Shown one piece after another: positions 11,806 through 25,839 of a DNA stretch of 64,000 nucleotides (position 1 is the stretch's first letter; every line of letters begins with the position of its first letter). The notes beneath the pieces were generated by a model. The model saw only the letters and a list, made by a program, of their open reading frames with translations. It had not been told where the DNA came from and ran no database searches. The DNA comes from Trichoplax sp. H2 (Eukaryota), in assembly GCA_003344405.1 (NCBI GenBank), contig NOWV01000031.1:124001-188000 (forward strand). Reading direction: 5' to 3'. The position numbers and the translations under genes are program-made.

Positions 11806-14800
11806 ATGGCTACGCATAAAAATATCCGCTCTACCATTCAATATTTTCATGACAATGATGCATTTTGTAAAATTATTCCTATCGAACATTTATTATCACG
11901 TCTTGTAATGAATAAAATTATCTTGAAAAAACATGCGGCAAGAATAAAGCGTAAAAACTGCAGACAGGAAAAGAATCAATTATTCTGTCAGATTTTACGA
12001 AAAGAAAGAAATGAAACTAATTTTATGACATTTTGCGATTTATTGTGCTGCGAATACGATCGAAATGTGGCAGAGATTGGACGCACTTTGCATGATATGG
12101 CCAGCTCACCAGGTATATCCAATGTAATAAACATGTGATTATAAATATTAAAATGAAGGTGTAAAGTAACAATAATTAAAATACTAATTGCATTCAAGAG
12201 GTATTGGCAATGATGTCTTTCTATCGACTTTCTGGAGCTACTGTAAAACTTAAAGTATTTTCGATAGTACACTGCACTCATTTATTGCTATCTTATCATC
12301 GTGCCAATACAATACTGGTATTATTATGAGAGATATTAACAAAATACTAATAAATTCACCTATGCATTTGTCTACTTTTTCTTCAATTATAGCATGTTGG
12401 AAAGAAGACAGCTATCAAAATTTCTCGCTTGACAGCTGTATCAAACCCCTAGCTGACCTTAATTTAACTTCTTTCAATTCTCCACAATATCATGCACTAA
12501 AAATGCAGCATGATTCCAGTGGTGCTCGACTACCAATTGGATATGTAGCGAACATCAAAGTAGAAGAACTAATTGCAATACAAAATCGGGAAGTCAAGAA
12601 TCGAATCCAGTCATTGGATTTATTTTATCAAAATCCCTTCATTAAGTTAGGAGTTTTTTTAAGGGCAACTGGTATTCCGGTAACATTAATTATGGTATTG
12701 TGGCAGCAAGATTTCATTTTTTCGATGGATATACTACAATATTTAGCCAAAGTAGGCTTACTAACCTTGTCCAAGAAAAACGAAAGGTAAAAAATCGAAT
12801 ATCCTTTTAGTTCTAAGAATAGGAATGGCCCATGATCGGTCTCATCCCAATATAGCTAGGTCCAATATTTGATCATTCAGTATAAGTACGATTATTTAAT
12901 TCATACAGCAGCATTGACTAAAATATGACGTCGATTTATAACATAACAGTAATGAAATTTCTCCCCGTAAATAATCCTATTTTATTGCGAGCCAATGACT
13001 GAAATTCAAGCTGTGTATAAATAAGCCCTGCAAACACTATATGCTGTTATTTGCAACTACAAAAATTTGTTTCACAGAAAATACCTAAAGTAGAAGGGTT
13101 AAATTTTTGGATATTTTTTCTAAATTCATCCATTTGTTACCGTGATTACTAGCATCTTATGATATTAAAATCATGTTTTACTATATAGTAATAACAGCTG
13201 TAATATTTCCAGCAACGCCACCGTTAAAGTAACTTATTTTCAATCAATTGTCTAGATGATCCCAATAATACCATTCTTAATATGTACCAGTTAAGTTATT
13301 TTCTTAGTATATATGCTCTATTTACGATTAAACTTGAGGTCAACCAGTGAGAAAAGTGATATTAGTAAAATTAGATCCTATTTATAAGCATATATGTCAC
13401 TTATAGAATGGAAGTTTTCAGTAAAGCTATGGAAAAGCAGGCTAGGTTTAGTTTAAATGCGAATGATAATTAATAAATTTGTCCGTAAGGCGGTTTAAAA
13501 ATATCAATTTTAATCTAAAGGCCCGGCAGTTTGCATTTCCTGAGTTGAAAATTTTACGTAGCTATCGTGACCATAAAATACCGCTAAACTAGGCAGGATT
13601 GGACAGAAGTTAAAGCCATATTTGTTTTGACAGTTAAATTTTACTTTCTGAACACGCACCGCAGAATGTTCATTTTTGGGATTATTATACTTCCTGGATA
13701 ACGAACAGTACAACTTATAATTACTAACTTGGTTTATAAATTTATGCCATAAAGATAAATGATTAATTCACATGGATATATCTTTATTTTAGGGATTGCT
13801 GCAATATCGACGAAGACGCGTTTCAATACGTTCAAAATATCCAGTCTTATAAGCCCGATTGTCATTCTTTGCTTTTAGATGAGCTAGAATTACAATGTCA
13901 TGGAAACTGGCACGAATTGCCAAATGATGGCTATATCTATCATTATCTTGTAAATCATGAGATAGCAGCAAACAAATTTAAATCAGTAAAATCGCTTATA
14001 ACTAATTTGCGATGGCTTGATTGTAAAGTGAATGCTCATCACAATTTATCTGTCATCTTGGAAGATTTTGTAAATATTAGAGACAAAATATCAGCACAGG
14101 TAATTATTATATTAAAATTACGTATGCATATTTAAGCATGAAAAAATACCTACGTTCAGGATTCTAATAGTGCAATTCTTATATATTATTCAGGATTGGC
14201 AGGAAATAATTCCTTTCTATCAATTCCTTATTCGCTATCAAGGGTATTTTGACATAAAATTAAATGACCTTATTCAGTTTATTTTGCAATACCAGCAGCC
14301 ACATCAATGTTGGTATGCAAAGGCAATCCAAATCGCAAAAGAAAGAGTCGCAAACAATTCTAAATTTCAATATTATGAAATAGTGTAAGTTTTATTTCGT
14401 CCGCAATTTTTTTTGCTCAAAGAAATGCAAATACTGATTACGATCCGGATGTAGTAGGGCAAATATCTGAATGCTTTTTATATTTCTAATGCAGTTCTTT
14501 AGCCAAAATACGTGCAAAATATTGCACGAGAACAATTACTGCTGATAATATAGAACGTATAATGACTTTTAGTTGTTGTAATCCTAAGTTGGGTCCTTTT
14601 AGAATGGTAGTTACAAATATGACTGATAGACATACTCAGGTAAGATGCTTCTTAGATACGAGTAAAGAGACATTATGTTTAGATATGCTGCCTTTGATAT
14701 TTAAAACTAATATCTTACATCAAGATTGTTATGAACGTGGAAACTGGGACAAAATTATTTGTCACTTCGAGTGTATGCATAGTAAAAATTTCATCGGATG

Positions 14801-17800
14801 GCAAAATGATTGCATACGTAAGTAGATCTTTTGACGACGTTATAATTCAGTAACTACCAATAAAATGTATTAAACTAACGACAATACATTTCTACTTTTT
14901 TCATTATCAATAATGCAACTTGTAATTGTCTTCTATGAATTAATAATACAGTGATAAATTGATATTTACAAGGGTTAAAATCTTCTAAATTTTATGTAAA
15001 AGCAAATAGTATAAGTGACAGGATTCAGATTTGAATTTTAGACAGTTAATATTTAATTCCTTTAACTGACGGTCGAAACCCGATTATTTTAAGAACCAAG
15101 TTATTTTCGATTCTGCATTAACGTAGGCTGACAATTTAAAACTCTGGCAAGTCTGGCACATTGATTGCAATACGGGAATGAAATTTATTACGGTAGATGG
15201 GATTCGTGATAATCACCAATGTAATGAGATGGAATTTCCAGTAAGCAACAATTCACTTATCGCTTCATGGCACAATAATTATATTTCGGTAAGGTGTAAT
15301 CTAGAACTCCTTCGATTTGCTTCTAAACTACAGGATTAACCATTAAGGAGTAAAATAAAAATTAATTACTCTACTTGTAACTACCCCATTATAGTATCAA
15401 CATTACCATGAATTTTTAGCAGTTAACAGACAAAAGCAGTAATTAATGTTCATAGTATCAAAAAATCTGATTTAAATTCAGCTGAGCTCTATTCTCAGTT
15501 ACCATATTTAATATCCAATACATGTTGTATCTAGATCTGGAAGATCGATCAGCATAAACTTTATATTTCAATGACGAAAAAATGGCGTGCTTTAAGTCAC
15601 TCAACGGTTCAAGTTTGTCAATTTGTTAATAATGATAACTCTATTTTGGTATGGGGTCATTATTCTCGAGCATATCAGCCCAACAAATTAGCTTGCTACG
15701 CTAATTACGACAATATCAAATCGCAACTCACTGGCAATTATTTCAAATGTTCGAAGATTGAATTTTGTGTAAGTGATTAAGATGACTAATAGGGTTACAG
15801 GCATTTCAATGTTAGCGATTTATTAAGATCATATCTGGAAAGTGGCTGTAACTTGATTTCATTTATACGTTATTATTGACAAAAGTACCCACTAACAGAA
15901 CTGTAATCGATCTTGATTATCCTTAAATTTAAGCTTTTAATCAAGTTTAATTACCATTCGTAGCTGCAGGCATCCTAATGTTAGCTGTTTATTGGTGTTA
16001 CGTCTTGTAAATATTACCGTAACCAATTATGTTGATCCTATTCGTTAAATCTTGCATAGGGCTCCATTAATGACTAAGAAATATTCATAGAATAGCAGAA
16101 AAAATCTTGAACATACTGTAGAAAGTCACAGAATATTGCCTGATACCACCATCTACAGTACTAAGTTAAAATTTCTAAATTCCCTTTTATAGTATTATAT
16201 GCGCGCAAAATTTGTTATGTATATCAGTACATCATATACTCTTCTACATTAAATTTAAAGAAGCTTCAAATATTAATTGAATGTCCAGTATAATGAGATA
16301 TCTTTACTGTTAGCATGGATTTAATTCGTGAAATCAAATGAAGTAGAAGCTATTGCTAGTTTCCTAGAAGTAAATCCATCTAAGGCACTCGAGTGATACA
16401 GGAAACTATATCTGCAGCGCATCCGCTAATTTTATCGTGGATTAATTAATCAAAATTAATTATACATTTTACCATTTTCTTATCCCTGTATTTAACCTAT
16501 GTGTATTTCTATTTAATAGGTATGGAAATTAGGCAAAGAACTACTTACAGATGAAACAAGGCTAACGATACGCTTTAAACATTTAAATCAGTTCAACAAA
16601 AGAAGTTTACGTGGATGTTTCCATGTTCTAAACCATCGCTTTTTTCTACTAGATTGCATCGTAGGAAAAGATTCATCACATCAATTTTATCATAGCTTAT
16701 ATTTAAAAGCAACCAAACATAGTGATATTGATTTAACAGGAGAAATAGATACGTTATACTATCAAATGCAACCCAGGTTTTTTAATACCATATACCTGTC
16801 CCAAGATAGGCAATCCATTGCAGAAGTTGTTGAAGACAGGATACAGGTAGCTAACTAGATCCAAGATATAATGCTAATCGTTCCATATAATAATAGCTTA
16901 AAAGATTTATTTCATTAAAATTTTAGATCTTTACTGTTAATGAAGATCAAATTTTGGCTTACGGTATCATATACTGCCATACTAACCTAAAACATGAATC
17001 GAAATATTATCTTACTTTCGTACATAATATGGATCAAGTAATGCTAAGTTATGAACAAAGAATTTATATTTTCGACGTCCAGAAAAGAAATACTCATTCA
17101 GCATATGATGATGAAGATAAAATTAAAATCATTTGTGCAAGTAGTGCCTTCGTTGATGATGCTGCTGTTTTAGTGCAAGTGATTTCCAAGCAGTCTATTT
17201 ATTTCCTTCAGGTTATTTTGCTACATAACGTATTTTAGCTGCTATTGGCTAATATAACAAGTCTTCATTTAGTATAAGCTTTTTCTTCAGCCTTTTTAAT
17301 ATATCATCGTAAAGGATTAACTTACGAAGAAATCGTTCTAATTTCTATAGACATATGAAGGTGAATCTTTGAAGCTTACCAATCAAGTAACGCTTGATAT
17401 AAATTCTCATGATCCTGAGAATGTATCTTGTGAGCTATTAGCAGATTGCAATTCTATCGTTATTATGCATGATTTCCCTGATTGCGAACACAATCAATTT
17501 GGTATACGCACTCATAAGTTAGATTTAATGAAGAAGCATTTGTCCATTACGGTGAGTTTTCGTATAAATTATGATTAGATAGTACGAAAAGATACGTATA
17601 AATTTAGTTCAGTAAAAGACTAACAGTAACATTGGATGTAGGTAAAAAATATAAAAGATATAAAAACTACATTCTGGAGCTGTAACTTAGACTTTGAATG
17701 TTCTCATTGGGTTCCTTGGCAAACTACTTGCAGATATAGAAAAGATAATCATCAGTTGATTGTCATAACATCTATAAATCAAAATGTAAGTTAATGCCTC

Positions 17801-19513
17801 TTTGTTGAGTTACCGAAGTTTTAATAATTGAAGTAAGCTCTTGTTAAATCGCTTGCAATTAACAGTAGTATGTAAGTCTTATCCTTAAATGTCTTTGCTT
17901 TAATGTGCAAATATCAACTTAATATAGTATACCCTACCAAAAAAATAGACCATAGTTGTTGCATTGAGGAGCATCAAATTGAAATAATATCTATAATTTT
18001 AATATTATTTACTGTACGTACAATGTAAATTCTAACTACTTCGCCAAGGTAGCAGTACATCAAATAGCATAATACACTAATATTACGCTTAGAAAAGTCT
18101 CCTACATGATGTATGCTTTGTGTACAAATAGCTCAAAATACGCTCTAGCGGTATGGAAGAGTTTAGGTTTCATCGATCTGCAAAAATTATTCGTCATTAA
18201 ATATCGTACCCGTCGTTGATATTAGTATGAAATAATTGTTGAATCATGCTAGGGAAAATCTTACTGGCTTCTTTATTCTTTCTTAGGACGTAAGCACTGC
18301 GATAAAATTTATCATATGGCTATTTGATTTCTGTAATGGAGAAATTTTACATGCTTACCGTCATGAGTCTAGTAGTCACTGTGACGTTCGTTATTTTTCC
18401 GACGATTTGGTGCTTTCATATACGCCAGACAGTAAAAGCTATATGGTAATTCATCAGAGATTCAGACTAATTCAGATTCTCCTGCGGCCGACATAAACCC
18501 TTATTAGTTGATTTACATCATATAAATATCATAAGATATTAGATACGATCTAGTTTGATTATTGATAGCAGACAGAGATTTATAGACCAGCTCATCTAGA
18601 AATTGGTTGATTGTTTTGATCTTTCATTGAGTAAAGAACATTAATCTACTAGAAAATTTGTAATCAAATTTCATTATCTGTTTATTTTAGCTTACTAAAA
18701 TTGGTAACTTAGAAACGGATCTGTTATATTACCCTATGCTATCATGTGATATCTCCTGCGTTTCAGCAATTGCAATTTGCAAATTGAATTTCCAGGAGAC
18801 TAAAACCTCCTGCACCTTTTTTCATTATACTGTCTATCAAGAAGATTTCAGAACTTGGCATGTTGATATAGAAAGAAAGGTGCGAGTGTGTTAACAACTT
18901 GATATTAGTTTAGAGATACAATTTAGCTATACTTTAGACCTAATACATGTGTAAGTAGTAAGTGCTGCACAAGTTTAAATGTTTCTACTGAAATGTATTT
19001 AGCAAGAAATAGAAAATGGAATCGATCAGATAGAATTTTATCGCATTGAAAATGACGAAAAAGAACTTGTTCAAACTTATCCATATTCTGATCATATATT
19101 ATTACTTCGCCATGAATCTGATTTATCGGTATGATTCTTATCTAACATACTTAGAACAATAATAGGAGCGGAGAGAAAATAATGTAAAAATCTCTGAATT
19201 TTATCCCCATTTATAGGTATACGACAAAAATGGAAATATAATTTTTCAAGTTATGAAAGGAAAATACTGTTTTCCGAAGTCACGAAAAGAGCATGGCAAT
19301 AAATCGTGGATTAGTCATAAAGAGTATATTATTATTGGCAAAAAGAACCAACTTGAACTCTATGATTTCATTCAAGAAAAATACTTGCCGGTAATAAAAT
19401 CCGCACAGATCGGTATCCCTCTTTTAATCCAGTTCGGTAATAGCAAAAGAATGATTGTCTACAATGACGCTAAAGTTTTCCTTTACATTACATTATTAAA
19501 AGAAACTGAATAA
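11806..19513 (+). CDS. APAF-1-like protein: CARD + winged-helix + helical domain 2 + divergent WD40 repeats, no visible NB/P-loop domain; 18 predicted exons
   Basis: Phase-consistent GT-AG exons starting at ~11806, 12393, 13027, 13408, 13793, 14194, 14495, 14724, 15127, 15535, 16520, 16927, 17351, 17642, 18287, 18691, 19003, 19217. Exon 1 is CARD-like (IEHLLSRLVMNKII...RQEKNQLFCQILRK...FMTFCDLL). LGVFLRATGIPVTLIMVLW...ILQYLAKVGLL resembles the WHD. WHELPNDGYIYHYLVNH...LITNLRWLDCKV...VILEDF and LIQFILQ resemble APAF-1 HD2. VKISSDGKMIA and WQVWHID are WD40-like. Confidence 0.8.
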
Positions 19514-22065
19514 TTTTTAATAAGGTATGTAGTGATTGGAGTTCATAAAAGTATATGAAGGATAAATCACTCAACCAGGGATAATAATTGATGTCCACAA
19601 GTTTAATATTCGACCGTTTTTACATTATTTTAAATGTTGTTAATACTGCATTAAATTAATCTCAATGAGTGATACACAATATTTGATTATAAGTTATTAA
19701 AAAAGAATTGAATTTCTTTGTGACATAGTGGCTATCCACAAGCCGTTGTGTAATCCTGATGTTTGCTGTTTGATTTAACTTGCTACCTTATAATATTAGC
19801 TACGCTCAACAAAAACGCTTCTTGGCTTGTTATTTTTGAATTGCGTAGAAAATTTTATAAATATTATTATGGTTGAATGCATATTAGTAAAGTATAATTA
19901 CACCGATTGTTTTTTGTTGTGTTGGTTTATATGCGTTTACTGGTTGTTATGAAGATTGCACAAATTTAAATAGGCACGTTTTCAATCCGCCAGTATTATA
20001 TTCTCACTAAAGCCACTGGTTGAAGCAATCGGTCTCATCATAAGATAATAATTGGAGCTATTAAGTAAGCATTTACCTAACGGAAATATCATTACCGGAT
20101 GGAATTAGTATCGCGAGCGGTATCTATGGCAATTATTTACATAATATCCGATCATATCGTTTTAGTTCATGATGGTTGTGAAGTAGTCTGCAAGAGCTCT
20201 AATCTTAATATCGCCAAGGACTTGATCTTAAGCACTGCCATTACTATAATTGAAAATATCAGGATTTTTACAGTTTGTTTCTAAAAGTTTATAAGCAAAA
20301 GTTATATTTTGCGACATTGCATGCATATAGTGTAGAACCTTTGATTAGTGTTTCTGTTCAATTTTCGAGTATACCATATTATTTCTAATTTCTGTTCTAC
20401 ATTGCTAACAAACGTTAGCTGGGCTAAACGGTGATAGATTTAATGTTGTTCTTGTAATGCCGGTTATATTATACCAAGCATAATTTAAATCAAACCGTAA
20501 TATATTAATCCATATCCATCATCCTGTCCTTTTCCATATTAAATTATTCTGCCATTAAGCAACATGACGTAAAAGGAGTTTGAATACAGCTTAAAGTAAT
20601 TTTAAGACAATCAGGAGTTAAAATAGTCGAGTCTTGGGCCACTTATAAGTATACCAATCCATTCAGTGCTAAGTTTTAATTTGCAGCGATACACCCAAAC
20701 AAAAGTAACTCACACCGTAATTTCTTTTTCGCTAACGTGTCGTATGAATTAAAATACTAGAAGTCTATAACTGATTCTTGTTTTATTCGTGTACTCCAGC
20801 TCACTGATTTACTTCTGTGAAAGGCTTGATATCTTTTACGAAGGTCGGAGAAGAAGTTGAAAGAAGGCGTAGGAAAGCAAAATATTAAAATGCATGCAGT
20901 ACAATAAAAGTAGGGTTTATTACTCAAGTGTTTAACTATAATATAACGTAAATTAAGTAAAGCTGATTGTTAACCTATTCAATATTATGAAAAAAGGAGA
21001 AATTCAAAAAAACAAAATGAAGCAATTTTTTTCAAATGTCGTGTAAATCCAAGTATGACAAGCGAATTTTAATGAGACATGAGCTAAGGTTAATGCAAGA
21101 AAGCACTTGAAAGTTAAGCAGAGCGTAATAGATTAAAGATAGATAGCGAATTACTGTGTATATTATCAAATTAGCTTAAGCATTTTACGAATCATTGCAT
21201 TTCTACTTTCTAGATAGTTGAAAGCTGCTTGCCAGAGCTTCAATATTTAAATGCTGTTGTATTTCGTGGACGGTTAAAGAGGCATCCATGTTGGATAGTT
21301 GGGCTATAAAAGTTTTATTTTGATATATTTACATACGAATCAAAACATCTCAAACTATGTTAGAACACCTTTCTATTTAAAGGGTGTGATAGTACACGGC
21401 TAAAATGAATTTATTGTTCGGCCTAAAGAAAAACTAATACCAGCATATTCGATAGACTATCAAAATATATTTACTAATGGCTTATATGGCCGTTTATTAT
21501 TGAATGCAAACCTCATCGAAAGTGTCAGTAGTTGCTTAACTTTCAAGTCTCAACCATTCGACCATGGCCATATTAATCTATATAATCGAGTTCAAGTTAG
21601 CCGCTCCTTCTCCTGCTTGCTTTTACCCGGCCACATACTGTATACCATGCTCGCTTTTAGCATAATTCATTCATCAATTATCATAACAATATCGTCCATA
21701 TTGATTGTAGAATAATAAGGCTCTGCTACTTTATATGCCGGTTAAGATTAATGATCATAGCTCTGTATAATACTAGAGTGCCTACTACTACTATAGTGAA
21801 ATATGGTGATTAGGTCTAGTCAAACGCCATAGAGTTGAGCTGCTGTTGGAAGTTGAACAAAACTCGATACAACTGAACTTTTCTTACTCAAAGTTCCACC
21901 CTAGCTACTAGGTTTGGCTCGACAACAGTATATGCTAGCGAATCAAGATTAGATTAATTGATCTTACTGAAGATTAAATCAAAACGTGTAGGAAAGGATA
22001 CTGCATTAGTAGAATCAAGATTATAGATAAGGAGTATCTAGAGTAAGCCATTTTGTTCAGCAGTA

Positions 22066-22458
22066 ATGTCTTCTCGTTTAACGCTATCGTTATTGCCTCA
22101 TAATTTGGCTGTTTGTCGGTTGCAAGCGGACAGCAAGATACCTGAGTGGGCTACCATTAGTCATTCCTTTATTTCTATAACAAGAACATCGGATGAACTA
22201 TCCATTGTCTGCCAAGACGATATTGTACCTACGGATGTGCAAGCTGAAAGGCGTTGGAAGATATTTAAAGTAGAAGGGCCTCTCGATTTCTCCCTCACTG
22301 GAGTCTTGTTCAAAATTTTACAACCATTAGCGGACGCTAATGTCAGCATTTTTGCTCTTTCGACCTACGACACCGATTATATTATGGTAAAAGAAGAAAA
22401 GTTGGAACAGGCTAAGCAGCTTTTATCCAACAAGTATCGTGTGCAAGTACTTGAATAA
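22066..22458 (+). CDS. Intronless ACT-domain protein of the short prokaryotic CASTOR/ACT_7 (COG3603-like) type
   Basis: 130-aa ORF with motifs FISITRTSDELSIVC, RWKIFKVEGPLDFSLTGVL...PLADANVSIFALSTYDTDYIMVK. Confidence 0.88.
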   Translation: MSSRLTLSLLPHNLAVCRLQADSKIPEWATISHSFISITRTSDELSIVCQDDIVPTDVQAERRWKIFKVEGPLDFSLTGVLFKILQPLADANVSIFALSTYDTDYIMVKEEKLEQAKQLLSNKYRVQVLE

Positions 22459-24109
22459 GTTATTTAGAATCTTGCTCTTGTTATCCATGGATAATTATGG
22501 CGATTCTATAGTGAAATTAGCAAAATATCGAACCATGTGTAGATACTGGACACTGTCCAGTACAGTAGTACAAAATGTTCAATCGTCCAGGTCTCTTTTC
22601 CTATAGCATAGACTACATCATACTAAAGTAGACCATCATTAGAATGTGCATTAGAACACTCTTAATTCAAGATGGTAATAGACTAAATTAATATTCTCGG
22701 TAATGTTAACGAATGGAGCACTTTCTTATTCTATAGTATAAGCAAGTATAGTACTCTACAGTCTACCCAAGTGGACAATCATTAGCATGCACAGTGAATG
22801 TATAAAGGTGATCATTGACTCTATAATTTTTTGGATAAGGTTAAAAGAATTAGATAGGATAAGCAACAAGCACAATGCTATCCATGCAGTTCCCTTTACA
22901 GTATATCAAAATTACAGGTCAGATCGCTGGCCTGTGTGAGTAATGTCAATCTTACTTTTAAATGTTTTCATAGAAGTGTAATCGGCATACTTTCTATACT
23001 GTTAGATGCAAAATTAACTTAAAAGACCGTTTAGTTTTGTCGATTACCTTTCAATGCTATTATCGAATGATATTCAAGTATAAAGGTCGATTAAGACAGT
23101 TTAAATATTGCCATAAATATTGAATATACAAGCAAGTTAAAAATTGGATTGATTAATCGTTCGATTATAACTTATTAATAAATATTTTAGGTGCAAAAGA
23201 TACCAAGCTCGTTAGGCTTGAGATGTAGAACTGGTCATTGAGTAATCGTACAGTATTTACTACTTTCATATCATAGCACAAATTGGATTGTTAACTTTCA
23301 TCACCAGATCAAATATATAACTGCTGGCTGCTATTTTACAGTTTCCTCTCTATGGTAACTTTAAGGACAGATTGGGATATATATGAGCGAATTTAGATAA
23401 CAACCGGAAGGTACAACCTGATCTGATGGGAAAGTTGTTTTACTTTATTGAGAATGATCTTACGTTCGTAAGAAAGCATGGTAATACTGCTAAGTAGACG
23501 ATTTAAGATTCGTATTGCTGTACTGGATAAGCTGAAAAATATCTAATAGTGTCTGATCAGGATTCTTATACCCATACTATTGCCGTTATAGTACTACAAT
23601 AATCTTGCCTATGCCAATCTCACACAAAAGATTGTAATAGCAAACTATATAATCATTAATCTGTGAAATACAATCGAAAGTAAAACGCTCAAATAATCTC
23701 TTTCCCACCGGTAGACAATATTCTTCCAATAAGTTTAGAATGCATTGATGAATAAACAATCATTTCCAAGAATATACAAACGAACAATTTAATATTAGAC
23801 AACTTTCAAGGCATCGAATAATAAAAATGGCTGAATCTATCGTTGCTGTATAAGTAAAAAATTTTCTTTATTGAATTTCGGATAAATTCAGAGCAGTTTG
23901 ATATGGAAAAAAATATTGCCGAATTTTTATTAAGAACAATTTCAACATTTGTTGCAAAAGTAACCCATTGTTCTATAGAGTAAGAATGCCAGAAATTTCG
24001 CGTATTCATTTTAATGATATAGTCGTAGTTTCATGGAAATTTGATAGGATGCCTATTACCTGGTCCACATTGTAACAAGCTAAACCTACCATTTTAAGGT
24101 AAACGATAT

Positions 24110-24612
24110 TGTAGCCAGTATGTTGCAATATCCAGTGGTATGATGGTCATAAATTGGCAAAAGTTTGAACTAGTCAATGTAGCTAATTTTAATGGAAGAA
24201 CAATGTGGAAAAATCTATCATTTAGCAGCTAGGAATCGAGTAGTACATTCGGTTTACAGGCGTCCTATTTAACTTTCATGAGTCCAAACATAACTCGTAA
24301 AATATTTTTGTACATCATTTTCAAAATTGTAAACATTAAAAACAGACTTTCATCATGACAGCGTGTTGTAATACACAGTGACATGATACCTATATAATCT
24401 GGCAAAAGTAAGAATGGTTCGGTGTAGCCAGTCTTATTGGCATAACGATATCGAAAAAATTATTACTGAGCAGTTAGGGATAGAGTAGTACAGTCGGCTT
24501 ACAGACGTCCTATCCAACTTTTAGGGTATCTAAGCATATCTTATAAAAAATTTTATGTTCATTCTAATTATCAATATCGTAAACATTTAAATCAGACTTT
24601 TATCATGTCAGT
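24110..24612. repeat. Diverged direct duplication, ~250-bp unit x2
   Basis: gagtagtaca.tcgg.ttacag.cgtccta...gtaaacatt...cagacttt.atcatg at ~24238 and ~24483. Confidence 0.7.
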
Positions 24613-24732
24613 ATGATAGGGTTTGAGGATAAAATAAATCTTTGTCAGGCGTAAACCACATTCTGTTGGCCCAGGGGTTGATCGTCTTGGATAGCTGAAT
24701 TGCATTTTAATGAACAGGAACTCTGCTTAACA

Positions 24733-25839
24733 CTAATGGATATCACGGGGATAATCATTAGGAAAACAGCTAGAAAGAGGATCCCACAAATTATCTAATA
24801 ATTTATACCATTTCCTAGGTTGAGTACGATCATTGAGTTTTTTACATAGATTACACCAATGTTGCGGCGGTTTAATAAACCAATGAATCTTCCATTCGAA
24901 AAAGGAATTATAAAGTTTAGGATCCGTTCCAACTCTATTTAAATAATTAGCCAGATCGATGACTGTACTAAATTGACGGATATCAATAAAGGAATTTGGA
25001 GGGGCGGTTTTATGATAATCGGCGCCACCCCATACCACAGGAATGACATCGTGAGTTAGTGCATTCCATAATTTTTCCGTGGCATAATCGATACAATAAG
25101 AATTTTCTAATGCTAAATAAAAGCGATAATCCCTTAAAATTTTATCCCAACATTCGCGACTACGTGGACATTTGCGATTGCCACATGAACCATAGACATC
25201 AATTTCAGTATGAAATGATAGCTCATAAACAAAATTTGTCCTATCCTCTAAACATGAGCTTGCCATCCATGCCACAAATCTCTTTTTGCTAGCTAAATAA
25301 TTGACATTACCCAATGATCGTGATGGATAATCGCGTACACCATAACTACCATAATAAGCATGAACGTCAGAATCTCTCCTATAGGACATGGTCCAATTGA
25401 ACATTATGATTGATTTAAAGGGTGAAGTTAACCAATAAGTATTCTTTGGTGATTCAATATTGTAATAAACCCATCGTTGAGAGTTGATTCGATGTTGATA
25501 ATCCGGCAAATCAAAATTCATTAAATGGCCCATTAAGTCACGATCAAAGAAGACAATAGCAGCAGCGTGGCGTTCTAACTTTCTATCCGTAGTTAAGAAG
25601 CAGTTTTGAAAAGAACAATTACGAAAATATTGATTTCCCATAGGTAAGTTGACTTCTAAATCGTTTTCTACTTTCCAGCTATCACCATAATAAGACGTCC
25701 ATAAGAGGATGACATTTTGCTTTTGTGGCCAAGCTTTATCCGAGACTAAATAATGCGTCACAAAGATGATATAGATCAATACCACAAAATTAAAAGTATA
25801 AATTAAACGCTGCGATGTTATTCTAAGCGAGAAAGCCAT
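24733..25839 (-). CDS. Alpha-1,3-fucosyltransferase (GT10), intronless type II membrane protein
   Basis: N-terminal TM (LIYTFNFVVLIYIIFVTHYL), QRWVYYNIESP, FNWTMSYRRDSDV and the GT10 motif YRFYLALENSYCIDYATEKLWNALTHDVIPVVWG...APPNSFIDI. Likely ATG at 25839 (MAFSLR); the longer ORF-track start is not ATG. Confidence 0.93.
   Translation of the reverse strand: MAFSLRITSQRLIYTFNFVVLIYIIFVTHYLVSDKAWPQKQNVILLWTSYYGDSWKVENDLEVNLPMGNQYFRNCSFQNCFLTTDRKLERHAAAIVFFDRDLMGHLMNFDLPDYQHRINSQRWVYYNIESPKNTYWLTSPFKSIIMFNWTMSYRRDSDVHAYYGSYGVRDYPSRSLGNVNYLASKKRFVAWMASSCLEDRTNFVYELSFHTEIDVYGSCGNRKCPRSRECWDKILRDYRFYLALENSYCIDYATEKLWNALTHDVIPVVWGGADYHKTAPPNSFIDIRQFSTVIDLANYLNRVGTDPKLYNSFFEWKIHWFIKPPQHWCNLCKKLNDRTQPRKWYKLLDNLWDPLSSCFPNDYPRDIH

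Noticed and set aside
12856..12940. Candidate APAF-1-like exon 3 (YKYDYLIH...)
   Set aside because: The available acceptors give stops in the required phase, whereas the exon at ~13027 keeps the frame.
20035..20570. Coding-like minus-strand stretch (WIWINILRFDLNYAWYNITG...)
   Set aside because: Several in-frame stops and no family I can name with confidence.
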